From Yuukianura sp. NJ FZ-2021 (taxonomy: Eukaryota), in the NCBI GenBank assembly GCA_046563655.1, contig CM102286.1:11966001-12030000 (forward strand): a stretch of 64,000 bases of DNA. Direction: 5' to 3'. Below are positions 33,854-46,000 of the stretch, in pieces. The notes under the pieces were generated by a model. That model was given only the letters and a program-made list of their open reading frames with translations. It had not been told where the DNA came from and ran no database searches. Numbering within the stretch: position 1 is the stretch's first letter; every line of letters begins with the position of its first letter. Made by a program: the position numbers and the translations under genes.

Positions 33854-34680
33854 TGTTGTTATAAGTGTTCCAGTGGGGGACGGACGACGAGTTTTGCGTT
33901 GACCTTACTAATTATCGTCCCGGTCCTAGTCCCACAGTCCCGCCATCAATTCTTTGTGGGAAACCTGAGTTGAGTTGTGTTCAGTACTATATCAAAATCG
34001 TTTTCACTTTATACTTATATAAGTTCTTTCTAATCTCCAGTTAGTTCGTGTTGTTTAGAAACAACTTACCTTTGTAATTACCTTTTCTTTACGCAGTACT
34101 TTATTTTCGCGGTAGGTCAAACGTCGTCAGTCGTTCAGTCAGCTGAATTACTGCTGCAGGAAGTTTCAACGTTATTTGTTGGGTGGATGGGGGACACACT
34201 AATCCTCTTCTTGATTTTCAATACTACTGGCTCATAACGCGAATTCCTACGCGAATGAAAACTTAAGTGTGTTACTACTGCGTACCGTGCGACGTCACAA
34301 CACAACACTTGAAAGCTGTTCGCCTTTACGGATGGAGCCAGTGCAGTATAACTACTATCTCAAGGTCATGTTGAATGTATACCACCAAAAGTAACACTTT
34401 ACCTCTGTTTAAACTACTTTAAAAATATTGATTTGTTCAAAACACAGGAAGTGCAACGACCGGCTCGCAGGAAGCTTCTGTTGAATAAATTGAATTGAAT
34501 TGAATCAAACTAAAGTTGCCTCTCGCACATGGTCACAGTAGTAAGAGTGAACACTGCTCACTGAGCAGTACCCTCAATGCACCTGTATGACCCGTTGTGA
34601 ACTAATCAGCCTGGCGTAGTATTGGTGTAAAATTCCTTAGTCATCAGATCAGGGTCATATTCTCACATGGTTAGGTGGGT

Positions 34681-35244
34681 CACAGTGGTTGTTTTTTTTA
34701 TTTTTTGGTTCTAAGGGAACCAAATAAATTTCATAAACAAACTAATTTATCAGTGTCATTTTGACCCGAAAGTTGAAGTTCCGAATGATTTTTTGCCTGG
34801 AAATGCCTGACCCTCTAATGACAAACCGAAGAGTGATTAGCGTTCTGAAAGACTTGAACTTCAACATTTTGAGGTGCAAATCGGTGAATAATGCTTAATT
34901 AATGAGCAATGCTTATCCAAAGTAATTCCAAATTCTTGTTGATTTTCTCGGTTGCAATAATCTTAATTTGCGATTTTGTGATTTCGTATTCATAACCTGA
35001 TGTTATATTGAGACTTGGCGTCACAACTTTGTACTCGCCAAATCTATACTTTCAAAAACCATAGTCTGAAATTTTTAGCTTATTCTTTGTCGTTTGGATC
35101 TGTCGGGTCGGTCCTCAATCAAGTATATGGGTACATTGTACACTGTTTCATTCTTTCAACCGACTCAGTTGTCAACGGCAACGTTGTCGTTAAAGTTTGT
35201 TACAAAAAGCGACCGAACTTTTTTCTTACAATCCGTCCACTGTG
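34681..35244. mobile_element. Possible non-autonomous CMC (Chapaev/Transib-like) element
   Basis: Termini CACAGTGG...CCACTGTG flanked on both sides by GGGT (4-bp TSD-like). The inverted match is only 8 bp. Confidence 0.4.
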
Positions 35245-35632
35245 GGGTGTATAAAAACAGTTGATCTTATTCGCATCGCAACCAGCACGATTCTGCGATA
35301 CGCGAGCATCCGAATTCAGAGGATTAGGAATGCACCTTGTTGAAGCCAGCATAACCAGAATCCGGCATTTTTGCAGCTCTTCGGCTGTCCTTGCAGTTCC
35401 CGATTTAGATTGAGCGTCCACTCCCGTGTTTCTGTATGCTCTAATCATAAAACCTCCGCTCGGCTCGATAGGATGTTAGGATCCAATTGTGCCGATCGCT
35501 GAATTTATGGGATTTCTGAAGAATTCCTCTTCCTGTCCCGTCGTTCTATCCTTGACCCATTGATTTTTATAAATAGTTTTTAGTTTTGGAGGAGTAGTGC
35601 TCGGAATTTGCTTCTGTCAATAGAGCTTAAAG

Positions 35633-37726
35633 ATGCTGAGGCTGGGGAGAAGGCTGTGTCTGAACGTGAGTAATTTTAAGTTTATTTGAATGTTGGGTGT
35701 TAAAGAAAATCAAGTTTAACAATATTGCGTTTGGTCTTACAGCGAACCACAATCGTAAATGCCAGGCGATCCTTTGATCAAGAGCTGCAAAAGACATCGA
35801 GACCAATCAGTATTTACAGTGCTGTAACATTACTAGAGTAAGTCATGGATTTGGGATACAAAGGTGTCAATATGTAAAGGGTGTTCCTCATACTAACGTT
35901 GACTGTTACAGCACCTGCAATGTTAACAATGCTTCTAGACGACCATCTTATGGATTCCGCTGGGTGCCCAACCGATCGTTTCAACTTAGCGGTGTCGTTG
36001 CTAGCGATATTAAAGTTGTTAAAGTTCCGCCATTTGCGGACTCCATTAGTGAAGGAGACATCAGGTGGGAGAAAGGTAAGCAAGATCAAGAATCATATTA
36101 TCTTCTCATCGGTATTACGTAAGTTAACGTATTTATAGATAACTACTTTGTATTTTAGCTGTTGGAGATAGCGTGAAAGAAGATGACGTCCTTTGTGAGA
36201 TCGAGACGGATAAGGTAGGTGATCAATCTATGTTTATTGGATGGCGAAACAGTGTACGAAATTAGGTATTGCACCGTCTTTCTTTTGTTTTAGACATCGA
36301 TCCCTGTTCCTTCTCCCAGTAGTGGAGTAGTTGAAGAACGCTTAGTGGAAGATGGAACCACTGTTAAACCTGGGATGGAAATTTGCAAAATTCGAGCTGG
36401 TAATTCCTGAATTTATAATATCCCCACTTTCCTTTTTGTTTATATTTAAATCTTTTTGCTGTTTTAGGAGCAGGATCGGGACAAAGCGCTGCTCCTGCAT
36501 CGGAACCTAAGCCCGCCGCTGCAGCGACTCCCCCGCCTCCTTCACCTCCTAAAGCAGAAGTGAAACCGCAAGCTGCAGCACCACCACCAAAAGTTGACGT
36601 TCCGGCTCCTCCTACGAGTCCGCCTCCGCGCCCACCACTGCCAACGAAACCAATGACAACTGTACCTACAACTACCTTCAAAGTACCACCGTTGCAGACT
36701 GCGACTGTTAAAGTAAGTTAAGCTGGAACTTTTCGATAAGTAATGTTGTATTGAACTTATCGCAACGTCAAAGTGGAAGATTTTAAAATTACTTTGGTTT
36801 CCATTCAGATACCACCAGCAGATCCAACGAAGGAGATCACCGGCACACGTACGGAACAGCGAATCAAAATGAATCGGATGCGGTTGCGCATAGCTGAACG
36901 ATTGAAAGAAGCTCAAAATACAAACGCAATGCTTACCACTTTCAATGAAATTGACATGAGGTACGATAGGAGTTGCACAATGTTGCCACCCAATAACTTC
37001 GCTTATGACATACACTCCTTTATTATCTATTTATCAGCAATATCATGGAGCTGAGAAAACAACACGGAGAGGCATTTTCAAAGGTGCACGGAATTAAGCT
37101 GGGTTTCATGTCTCCGTTCGTGAAGGCTTCAGCTTACGCTTTGATGGATCAACCAGTCGTCAACGCTGTCATTGATGGACAAGAGATTGTCTATCGTGAT
37201 TACGTTGATATTTCCGTGGCAGTGGCAACGCCAAAGGTATACACTTCTGTCACAGCGTCTACAAAAAATGGGATAACATAATGAAGGCAATATTGGATAA
37301 GTAACGTTAAATTGTCGATTATTTCTGTGTTTGTTTCAGGGCTTGGTTGTTCCTGTTCTTCGAAACGTAGAGTCAATGAGCTACGCAGACATTGAAAAGG
37401 GAATGGCTGCGCTTGGAGCCAAGGCAAGAGATGGAGCTCTTGCTATCGAAGACATGGACGGGGGAACATTTACAATTTCAAATGGAGGTGTATTTGGATC
37501 ACTCTATGGCACTCCCATAATTAACCCACCTCAATCAGCCATTTTGGGTATGCATGCCATCTTTGACCGGCCCGTGGCGCGAAATGGACAAGTAGTAATT
37601 CGACCCATGATGTACGTCGCTCTCACTTACGATCATAGATTGATTGATGGACGTGAAGCTGTCACGTTCCTCAAGAAAATTAAAACTGCTGTAGAAGATC
37701 CCCGGAGCATGCTCCTGGAGTTGTAA
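35633..37726 (+). CDS. DLST: Dihydrolipoyllysine-residue succinyltransferase (2-oxoglutarate dehydrogenase E2), mitochondrial
   Basis: R/L-rich presequence [11 protein letters not shown]; lipoyl domain [12 protein letters not shown]...[16 protein letters not shown] linker; [41 protein letters not shown]; catalytic YDHRLIDG. Confidence 0.97.
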
Positions 37727-38017
37727 AAACAGGCACACAGTAACCGATTGAAAACTTAACATGCAAGTACTAAAACACTGTCGAAAAAATTAAAATTTAA
37801 ATTGGATTTTGAAAATCAATTTGCAATTGCTTCAAAAATGTTCAGTTTCGTTCTAAGTCACAGCAATTTAGAGTAGTTTAGGGACAAAAAAATCTTTAAA
37901 AACGAATGGTAGTCCTAAAACGTCTTAAATAAAGTGGAGCTGGGCTTTTCAAATTCTGTTTCTAGCCTTGTCATTGTGATTGTATTGACCATAATTTTCA
38001 TGTCTAGACTAATTCAT

Positions 38018-38389
38018 GGTTGGATACTAGCAAACGGGGCCCAGATGAAAAATTTTCTAAGTCCAGAAAAATTCACCTGGCGTCTCCTGACAACCCGAAA
38101 AATGACCCCTACAAAAGTTGTTCAGGTCAATGAGACGATCATTTTGACATATTACACACGACTCTGTGACCACTGGTTTGGACTATAGGTCAAAGGTTAG
38201 GTTTTTACGAAACCTAACCTTTGACCTCAACAGGTGCTCACATTGCCACAAGTGATATGTCAAAATGATCGTCTCATTGACCTCAACAACTTTTGTAGGG
38301 GTCATTTTTGAGGTTGTCAGGAGACGTCAGGTCAATTTTTCTGGACTTGGAAAATTTTTCATCTGGGCCCCGTGTGCTAGTATCCAACC
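38018..38389. mobile_element. Foldback MITE, Mutator-like (372 bp)
   Basis: ~135-bp inverted arms starting GGTTGGATACTAGCA; exact 9-bp TSD CTAATTCAT (38009-38017, 38390-38398); central hairpin AGGTCAAAGGTTAGGTTT / AAACCTAACCTTTGACCT. Confidence 0.92.
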
Positions 38390-38782
38390 CTAATTCATTT
38401 CAAGTACACTGGAAGAGCTTCGTTTTACGCAACCAAGCGGATTACTTTTACTGGTATTAAGATTTTCTGTGATAACTAATTGAAAACTTTCTCCCTTGAG
38501 AGCCTTAGGAGAAAGTAATACCTGATTTTAATAAGAGTTTTAGGTTGCTAATTAGAAATTTCTGACTAAAATTTCGAAGTTCTTGGTTCGAGTGATGTGC
38601 GTTTCAAAATCAAAATCGGCTTTTCGGTAAGTGTGGAGCTTTTCAATTTATAATTGGACTGAAGTTTAAATAATTTGTTTTATAATAAACATTTATTTAA
38701 CTCTGAAGGTAATTTTGAATCTTATTTAGGTATCCAACTCAATGGGTATTATTTTGGCCACTCCTTGACATCTTCTCGAGCA

Positions 38783-39180
38783 GGTAGCACGCCATTTCGT
38801 CGAAAGAATTACTGCGAAGCGAATTACTCCAGATAAATTACTGCGAAGCGAATTACTCCGAATAAATTACTGGGAAGTGAATTACTCCGAATGAATTGCT
38901 ACGAAACCAATTACTTCGAAGGTAAATTACAGTGAAAAGTTATTTTAAAGTAAAATTACTTTAATTTATGTCAGAATTTATAAAGTTAAGTTTGGGTAGA
39001 AAAAATATCATTTCATTAGGTTAGGTTTGGTAAAGCTAGAAATTAATGTTAGATTCTGTTTACTGAACAACTATTTTTCGGAGTAAGTTGAATTTCAAAG
39101 TAGTAATTGAACTGTCGAAATAATTCGTTCCGCAGTAATTCACTTCGCAGTAATTCATTCGACGAAATGGCACGGATACC
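38783..39180. mobile_element. MITE with 15-bp subterminal tandem repeats
   Basis: Inverted termini GCCATTTCGTCGAA.GAATTACTGCGAAG / CTTCGCAGTAATTCATTCGACGAAATGGC; AATTACT[GC]CGAA repeats at 15-nt period; TSD degenerate. Confidence 0.8.
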
Positions 39181-40067
39181 CTTCAGCACCTTAATGACCT
39201 GTCAATCTCCATCATTCTAAGGATTTCAAATCCTAATCAAGTTGGAAAAAGTCTTTGTAACGAAGTATTTGATAGAACATTTTTGATGCACCAAGCAGAA
39301 ACTAAAGTTTGATACGTATATTACATTGGTAGTTAAGAGTACAATTAATTAACTTTTAATAAGTCTCTAAACTCTAAAATATTCATCTCTTAGATTGTTA
39401 ATAGCACACAAAGTCCTAAGAAGATTTTCTGTCATCGGTTCAAAGGAAAAAACCACATCACATTAACCTAACTCGGAGCACATAAAAGCAACGAGGCAGA
39501 AAGAAAGCCATCGCGGCGTCTTTTTCCTTGCTAATACCCAGCGAATCCGCACTTTCTCTCTCCAGAGAAAACCGCGGCTTGCTCAAGGAAAATGGAAGTT
39601 CATCCATCATCAAAAACCCTCGCCTACACCATTAATCCAAGAATAATTACTTTGTAAGCACATAAATATTTGGAGCTGTTAATGAAATAGTTTTGAGGTA
39701 CGTTGGGAATTAAGATTAACGTTGCATGTTCCTTTTTGCTTCTAGATGTTCCGGTTCTGGACGTCTGAGACAGCAAAGGACTTTCATCTCTTTAAAATGG
39801 AATTTTAAGTGAGATTATAATCTCTGAAGATGTGAAGAAGAACTTTTCTGCTTAGAAGTTCAAGGACGTATGTCGTCATTCCTTGCAAAAGTTCTTGGAG
39901 AATCTTCCTTCTTCCTGTGGTTCTGGCAGCATATGGAGCATTCAGGCTTGTGTAACATCAACTGATGAGATGCTGGCGTCCAGAACCGGAGGTCACAAGA
40001 GTATTCTCAGGAGGAAGGTACTATATGATGAGTGCAGTTGACCTGTTGACCTTTAGGGGTTGGCTTT

Positions 40068-43000
40068 TTAGGGAGCAAATCCAAGTAGTTTCTTGAATGC
40101 CTTTCGAAATTCGGGATTGAAGACCGTGTAGATTGCTGGATTGAAGCTACTGTTGATGTAACCCAACCAAGTTGTGAGGAGGAACATGATTGGTCCGGGA
40201 TTACAAGTTGGATCTTTTGACATGAGAGAACAGAGGGCGTCCATGATATTGCAAGTGAAGAATGGAAGCCAACAGGCCAGGAACAGACCTGAAAAAAAAA
40301 GTATAGTATTGAGTAAGTGGTTAATGCTTTGACGGTTTATGAAACTATTTGTGGTTCGATTCCTAGTGTCTCTATTGAATTTTTCTAATAGTACACTCGG
40401 TTTAAAGTTGAAATTAGCTTTTAACAAAATCAGTTTTAGAAATTCAGACTAAAGATTACTAAAAATTATTTAAAAAAAAATTGTAATTTTTTGTGTCTCT
40501 TGGGCTGGAACTGCTGGGAGCAAATTTTCCCAGAGGTGAATTTTGAAACAGGAGTTTATTGGTTCTTTGAAATTCAATTTCGGAAAACTGAAATTTACTG
40601 AAAACTCAAAGCCTCTTTGTAGTCCAGACACTGACTTTACATAGACAGATACTGAACTTTGTACAAAATAATTATAATGTTCAATCCCTCCAGTGTACTT
40701 TCTCTCTTTGGTTTCAGTCGTGCCCTTATCAAGGCCATTCCAGTTCCAAAATACTTGATATGCTGCTGCTCCAAAGTTCTGTTCTGGAAAACTTTTGGAA
40801 TCCCTTTGTCATTTGTAGCCGGGAGAGAAAGTAAAAGTTCTTTTTAGTTAAATGAAGTGCACACAGCGCCTCGCCTTGGTTTACGAAGACTCCCACCGTC
40901 CCACCTTTCTCCCTTTGTTCTCGCGTACTTTCTCCCTTGAACCAACGAAAAAGCCCTCTTGCCCATTTTCTATTAAAATCCAGTTTAGAAAAAGCTAAAT
41001 ACTAAAAGCTTCTACAGATAGTAAGTAATGTAGTGTATTCTTCTACCACACCCAGGACACGACGCCAGAGATGAGGAATGTATACTTTGTCGTCTCAAAG
41101 TCTAAAACAAAGGGAGAAAGTTTTTGGTCTAAGAGAGGATGAAGTGTACTTTGTGTAACGAGAAAGGGCCCTCAAGCCCTTGCCTAATAACGTTCATAAA
41201 GGGATTCTGGTGGCCTCTGGTCTCTTCTTGTCAGAAGTTGAGACAGAAAGTGGTTTTTGGGAAAGTATAACGTCAAAGTGGAGACGTTTGTAAAGGGGCC
41301 TAGTTTGAGCAGAGTCTCTTTGCAAAATGTATCTTCATTTGTCAGTCTATGCTTTCAAGTAAAAAGTTTAAAAGGGGGCTTTATGGATCATAAAAGTGGA
41401 GGAGAAAGTGAAGGACTTTTACCTAGAACAATGGCGAGTGTTTTGGTAGCCTTGCGTTCTCTTTTGGCAGATGATTTTTCACGTTTCTTGCGACTTGCTT
41501 TGTGTACTTTACAAATTGTGAATCGACTGCCGCCTGCTGGTGGAACTGGTGGCTTCTTGCTACTTCCGCTACTTGACGGTTCGTCCCCAATCGTCACAGA
41601 GCCTTCTTCTCCTTTCTTAGGAGATTGTACATTCAGACCATTCCGCTTACACTGATCCTAAAAATTAACATTGTCAATTGATTAATCATTTTATGTAACA
41701 GTTGGAATTGAGGTCAAAGGCTGGAAAACATTGTCCGCTCAACCGCAAATTGTGAAAATTGTTACCACACACTAGCTCGGATGTACAATTGAAGTATATA
41801 CAGTTTGAATCAAAAAAGTCAGAACAAATTTCTTCCATTGATTTTTTCTCTCAAAGTGAGATTTTCGAGAAAAAAAAAGTATGTAATTTGGGAAATTGTT
41901 GCTTGTCAAACAGATACCACTTGACTAATTTTCGATTGTAGAAATTTTCGATTACTATAATTTTCAACGAAGATGGTGAAAAATTTTTGTTACTCATTAT
42001 CCTAAATCAAGTCGTCTATTGTTGGAATACTTCTGAAGGTGTATGTGCAAGATTTCAGTTTTGAGAATTTCATTCATAGTCCGAAAAGTTGACCATAACT
42101 CAAGCCTAATTGAAAAAAAATGGTCTTCACTGTGAATCGCAAAGAAATCCTTTCGTGCATTTTGTGAAGCTCTCTATAAATATTATAGGAGAGAAAGTAC
42201 ATGATGTCAATTTGTCCGAAGCATGCCATGAACTCTGAACTCTGGAACTATTTAAGTGGCAAAGGAAACTCAAATTGCATCAAGGGAACAAAAGAGTTTT
42301 GTGTCATGGCCCCTCTTGAAAGCATTTCTCCAGAACCTACCCTAAGCAGAACATGATACAGTTCCTACTAATGGCCTTATTCACACACTTACACTTTCCA
42401 ATGAAATAGAACTTCTGTAGCCAAAAGCTCTTAGGCACAGAAGCGGCAATTTTAGGCCCTTGGAAACAGAAAAGGGCAAAGGGGCCTTGACTTTTGTGGA
42501 ACTGGTTAGGTTAGGCGTTATGTTAGGTTGTGGAAGGCATGTTCTGGTTCATGGACTCTATAAATTCCCTCGTGTGAACTTGACAAGAACCGACAAATTA
42601 TGGAACGGGGAGCACTTAAGTGGTCTCACACATCATGAGACCAATTAACACCTCCCTTTGTCCTGTTTTCCCAGAGAGACAAAAAGTACAGAATGAATGG
42701 CATGGTTTTATGGCTTGGAACTTTTGTTGAAACAAAATCATAACTTTAGTTTTGTTGTTAAAATCAAAAAAAAAATTTCCTTGAATAAAATTTAGAATTT
42801 TTAATTTGGGCAATTTTTTGGGACAACTTGTGTGACCTTCACATAGTTTCTGCGTAAAAGGAGAAAGTGTTTATGTTTGTCAGTCATGCCGGGGGTTAAG
42901 TTAATGTGCTTAGAGACGCGTAAACAATAAAGTAGAGTGGGTATTAATGCATGCTAACTTGAAATCTCTTCCAAAATAGCCTTTGACCTAAAATAACAGT

Positions 43001-46000
43001 GCCGCCCATACTTGCAGCTGGGAAAATAAGGAATTCGACAAATACTGTCAAAATTTTTGCTCCAAAACCCACAAAACTGTTTTTTTTTAAATCTAGACAC
43101 AAACATATTACAAAAATAATTTATTTCCCAACTCTTTGAAAGTTCAAAAATCCTTTAGGAATCCTGAAATCTGAGATTTCCTAGTTTTGGAATTCCTTGA
43201 ATTTTGGAGCTACCCGGGCATTTCAAAACCCTGGTCAGAGTAAAATGCCCGTTTAAAGACGAGGATTCGCCCCAGCCAAGAAACACACCCACTGAAATCA
43301 ATTTCTCGCAACAAAAGTGTCTTCTTGTCTCTATGTATTTCTGTATTTTTTGAAGAGGGGAGAAAGCACTTGTCTCTGAGATGTGGAAATGCTTCCTCAG
43401 CAGCAGCCAATGGCTTTGGCTTCAAGTCCTACAATTCCTATTGTACTGTCTGTTAAAGGCGCTTTCCATAGTCTATTTTATTGAAGGAATAAAGTAAAGT
43501 CTTTCTGTATGGCATCGGGTGTACAGAAAGAGCTGTGCATGACTTCTAAGCTTTCCTGCCTCTGCCAATTCATGAAAACATAAGAACAATAAAAATTACG
43601 CCATTTGCTTTTACTTCCTTTTGAAAAGTGGAGTTAGGTACTAAAATTTCAACAAGCTGCAAACTAATAAGTGCTAAGCCTCTCTCAAGTCAGTCGATTT
43701 TCTAAAGTGACAAAGTAGAGAGGAAGCAGATGTAGATTAAGTCTTTTTTTTTGTTTTGCTGAAAACATGTCAGCAGCATATCGGATCAAAACGGATTTTC
43801 TGTCTCAAAGTACAATTTTTTTCGTGCCAAAAACGAAAACAACGAAAAAATAAAAAATGATTTATTGAAACAATCGTCTGTGAGTAAATTGAATTCCCAA
43901 GCTGCCTCTAAAACGAACTTTTTGTCTCAGATTTTTTAGGACATGTCAAGCTGTAAGCTCAAACTGTAACTGCTGGGGGTGTATCTAAGAAACAGTTTAT
44001 TCTTTGAAGAATTTTCGTATAAATAAGAAAAGGAATTGTGAAGTTAAAAATTGTAATGCTCAAGTATCCAGTGAAGTTCTGCTGAAAAAAACTTCAAGAA
44101 AAAGTTAATAGGGCTTAAATTCCCCGAAGATTTTACAATTCTCTGGATCGTTTTTCGAGCGAATTGCATGTGAAAGTGGAAAAGAAAGTACACTTTTTTG
44201 CCTTCAAGTTTCAAAAAATTTTAAGCACTTACCGGATGAAGGAGGGTGTGCTTGGGGCTGGATTGTGAAACTTCTGGAACTGGAAGCGGACTTTCTTCTA
44301 AATTGGAAGGAGCATAGCCCGAGTCATGGTTTCCATTTGCTTCAACTCCAATTCGTCCTACTCCCACCACCCTACGTTTAAATTTTTTCAAAAAAGAGAC
44401 AAGAGAAAGTTTAGCATTTCGAAAATTGTTATGTGCAGTTATTGATTTTTGGATTGGGTTTCAGTTTCCAGTGAACGGAAACTGAACAATTCTTTTGTAT
44501 AAAAAGTCTCTCAAATTTGAAATTTCGGGACTTGAAACTCCATGAAAATTGGGATCGTTGATTAGGGTATGCTGGAAACGGATGGACCATTATAAAAGAC
44601 TTTTTTTTTAAAAGAAAGGCAGTAGTTGGAACTTTTTCGTCCTTCCGGAGCCCAAGTTGTTCTGTGAGAAAGTCCTTTAGGTTAGGTTAGGTTGCTGAAT
44701 CAGTCAAATGCAAAAAATAAGGCAACTTTCTCCCTTTTCCAGTCGTCCAGGTTTTCCTTTCGAATGCTCCAGATCATACGTGGGCGGATTACGAACGGCT
44801 GAACTCGATTGACCTCGTTCGTCTTCGGAAACACGAACGGAAACGAGAGGAGGAACTCTGGGGAGAAGGTTGAAGGTCAACGGAAACGGAATGGAGGAAA
44901 GCTTAAGGGCATAAGGACATCAGCAGAGAAGCCCCTGAAGGGCCGGGAGCACTTTGCCCAAGTATGTTACCAGGGACAGATCCATAATTCTGGAAGAGTG
45001 GACGTGTGTCCTGGATGTTACCTTTCGTCAACTCGAACGGAAGCTAGGACGAATGCTGTGGCAACTTGATTGTTTGAAATGATGTGGCACTCGTCTGAAT
45101 CTGGTGAAGCATCTTCCTCCATTTCACCCTCCAGTTCTAAATCCCCGTCATCCTTGTCATTGTCGTCCCCTTCATCCTGTGTCACAAAGGAACCGCAAAG
45201 CATATTAAAATTTTGCGCTTTTGGCACTCAATTTCTCCATTATTAAAGACTAGAATCTTCGGTGGCCTACGGCCACCGAAAGATTCTAGACTGTTGCGTG
45301 CGTACCAGTTTGACTACTAATCGCACAAAGAACGATTACCCAATAGTTAAATTTACAAAAAGACGGGCCAAAAACAAATGTTGGGTACAATTATCCAATA
45401 TTTAGTTTATTTCAACCGTTGTTTGTACAAAATTATCATGCGCGCAGCGGAGGGTAGATTCGATATTGGGTTTGGGAGAGTAAATGAGGAGAGTGGATGG
45501 ATAAGAAGACCACTCCTACGACATATAGCTTCTTTTCCTCGTGTGCTTGAGTGAGAGTTAACTGTTTATGTTATGCTTCTATTCACACACCGTGAATGAG
45601 AGAGCATTGAGTTAACTCTCACTTCACTCACACGCGGCCGTGCAAACAGCAGACGGCTGGCGGCTGGTTCCCCTTTATGTAGATGATTTTGCTTTCAAAA
45701 TTTATCTCATTCAAAATCATTTTGGTACTGATTTGTGACACAAAATATGTCCACTGAAACAGTACGTGTATTTTTCGGTTCCAAGTCCATTGGTTCAAAT
45801 GAATTGCTTCTAACGGAAAAGTTCCTAAAAATTACTTCTAAAAAAAACTATCCTTTAACATTATTAGGAATAAATTTTTCGAAGCAATTCTCCTTTAGAT
45901 GCAACTCATTTTAGAACCAATGGCGTACTTTTTATTTTTCTTCAATAAGTTCCCATTTCTAATGAAATTAGTTTTTTTATTGAAAATATTTGCGAGAAAA

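Noticed and set aside
44677..44692. TTAGG repeats suggesting interstitial telomere sequence
   Set aside because: Only three units; similar GGTTAGGTT motifs occur in the local MITEs.
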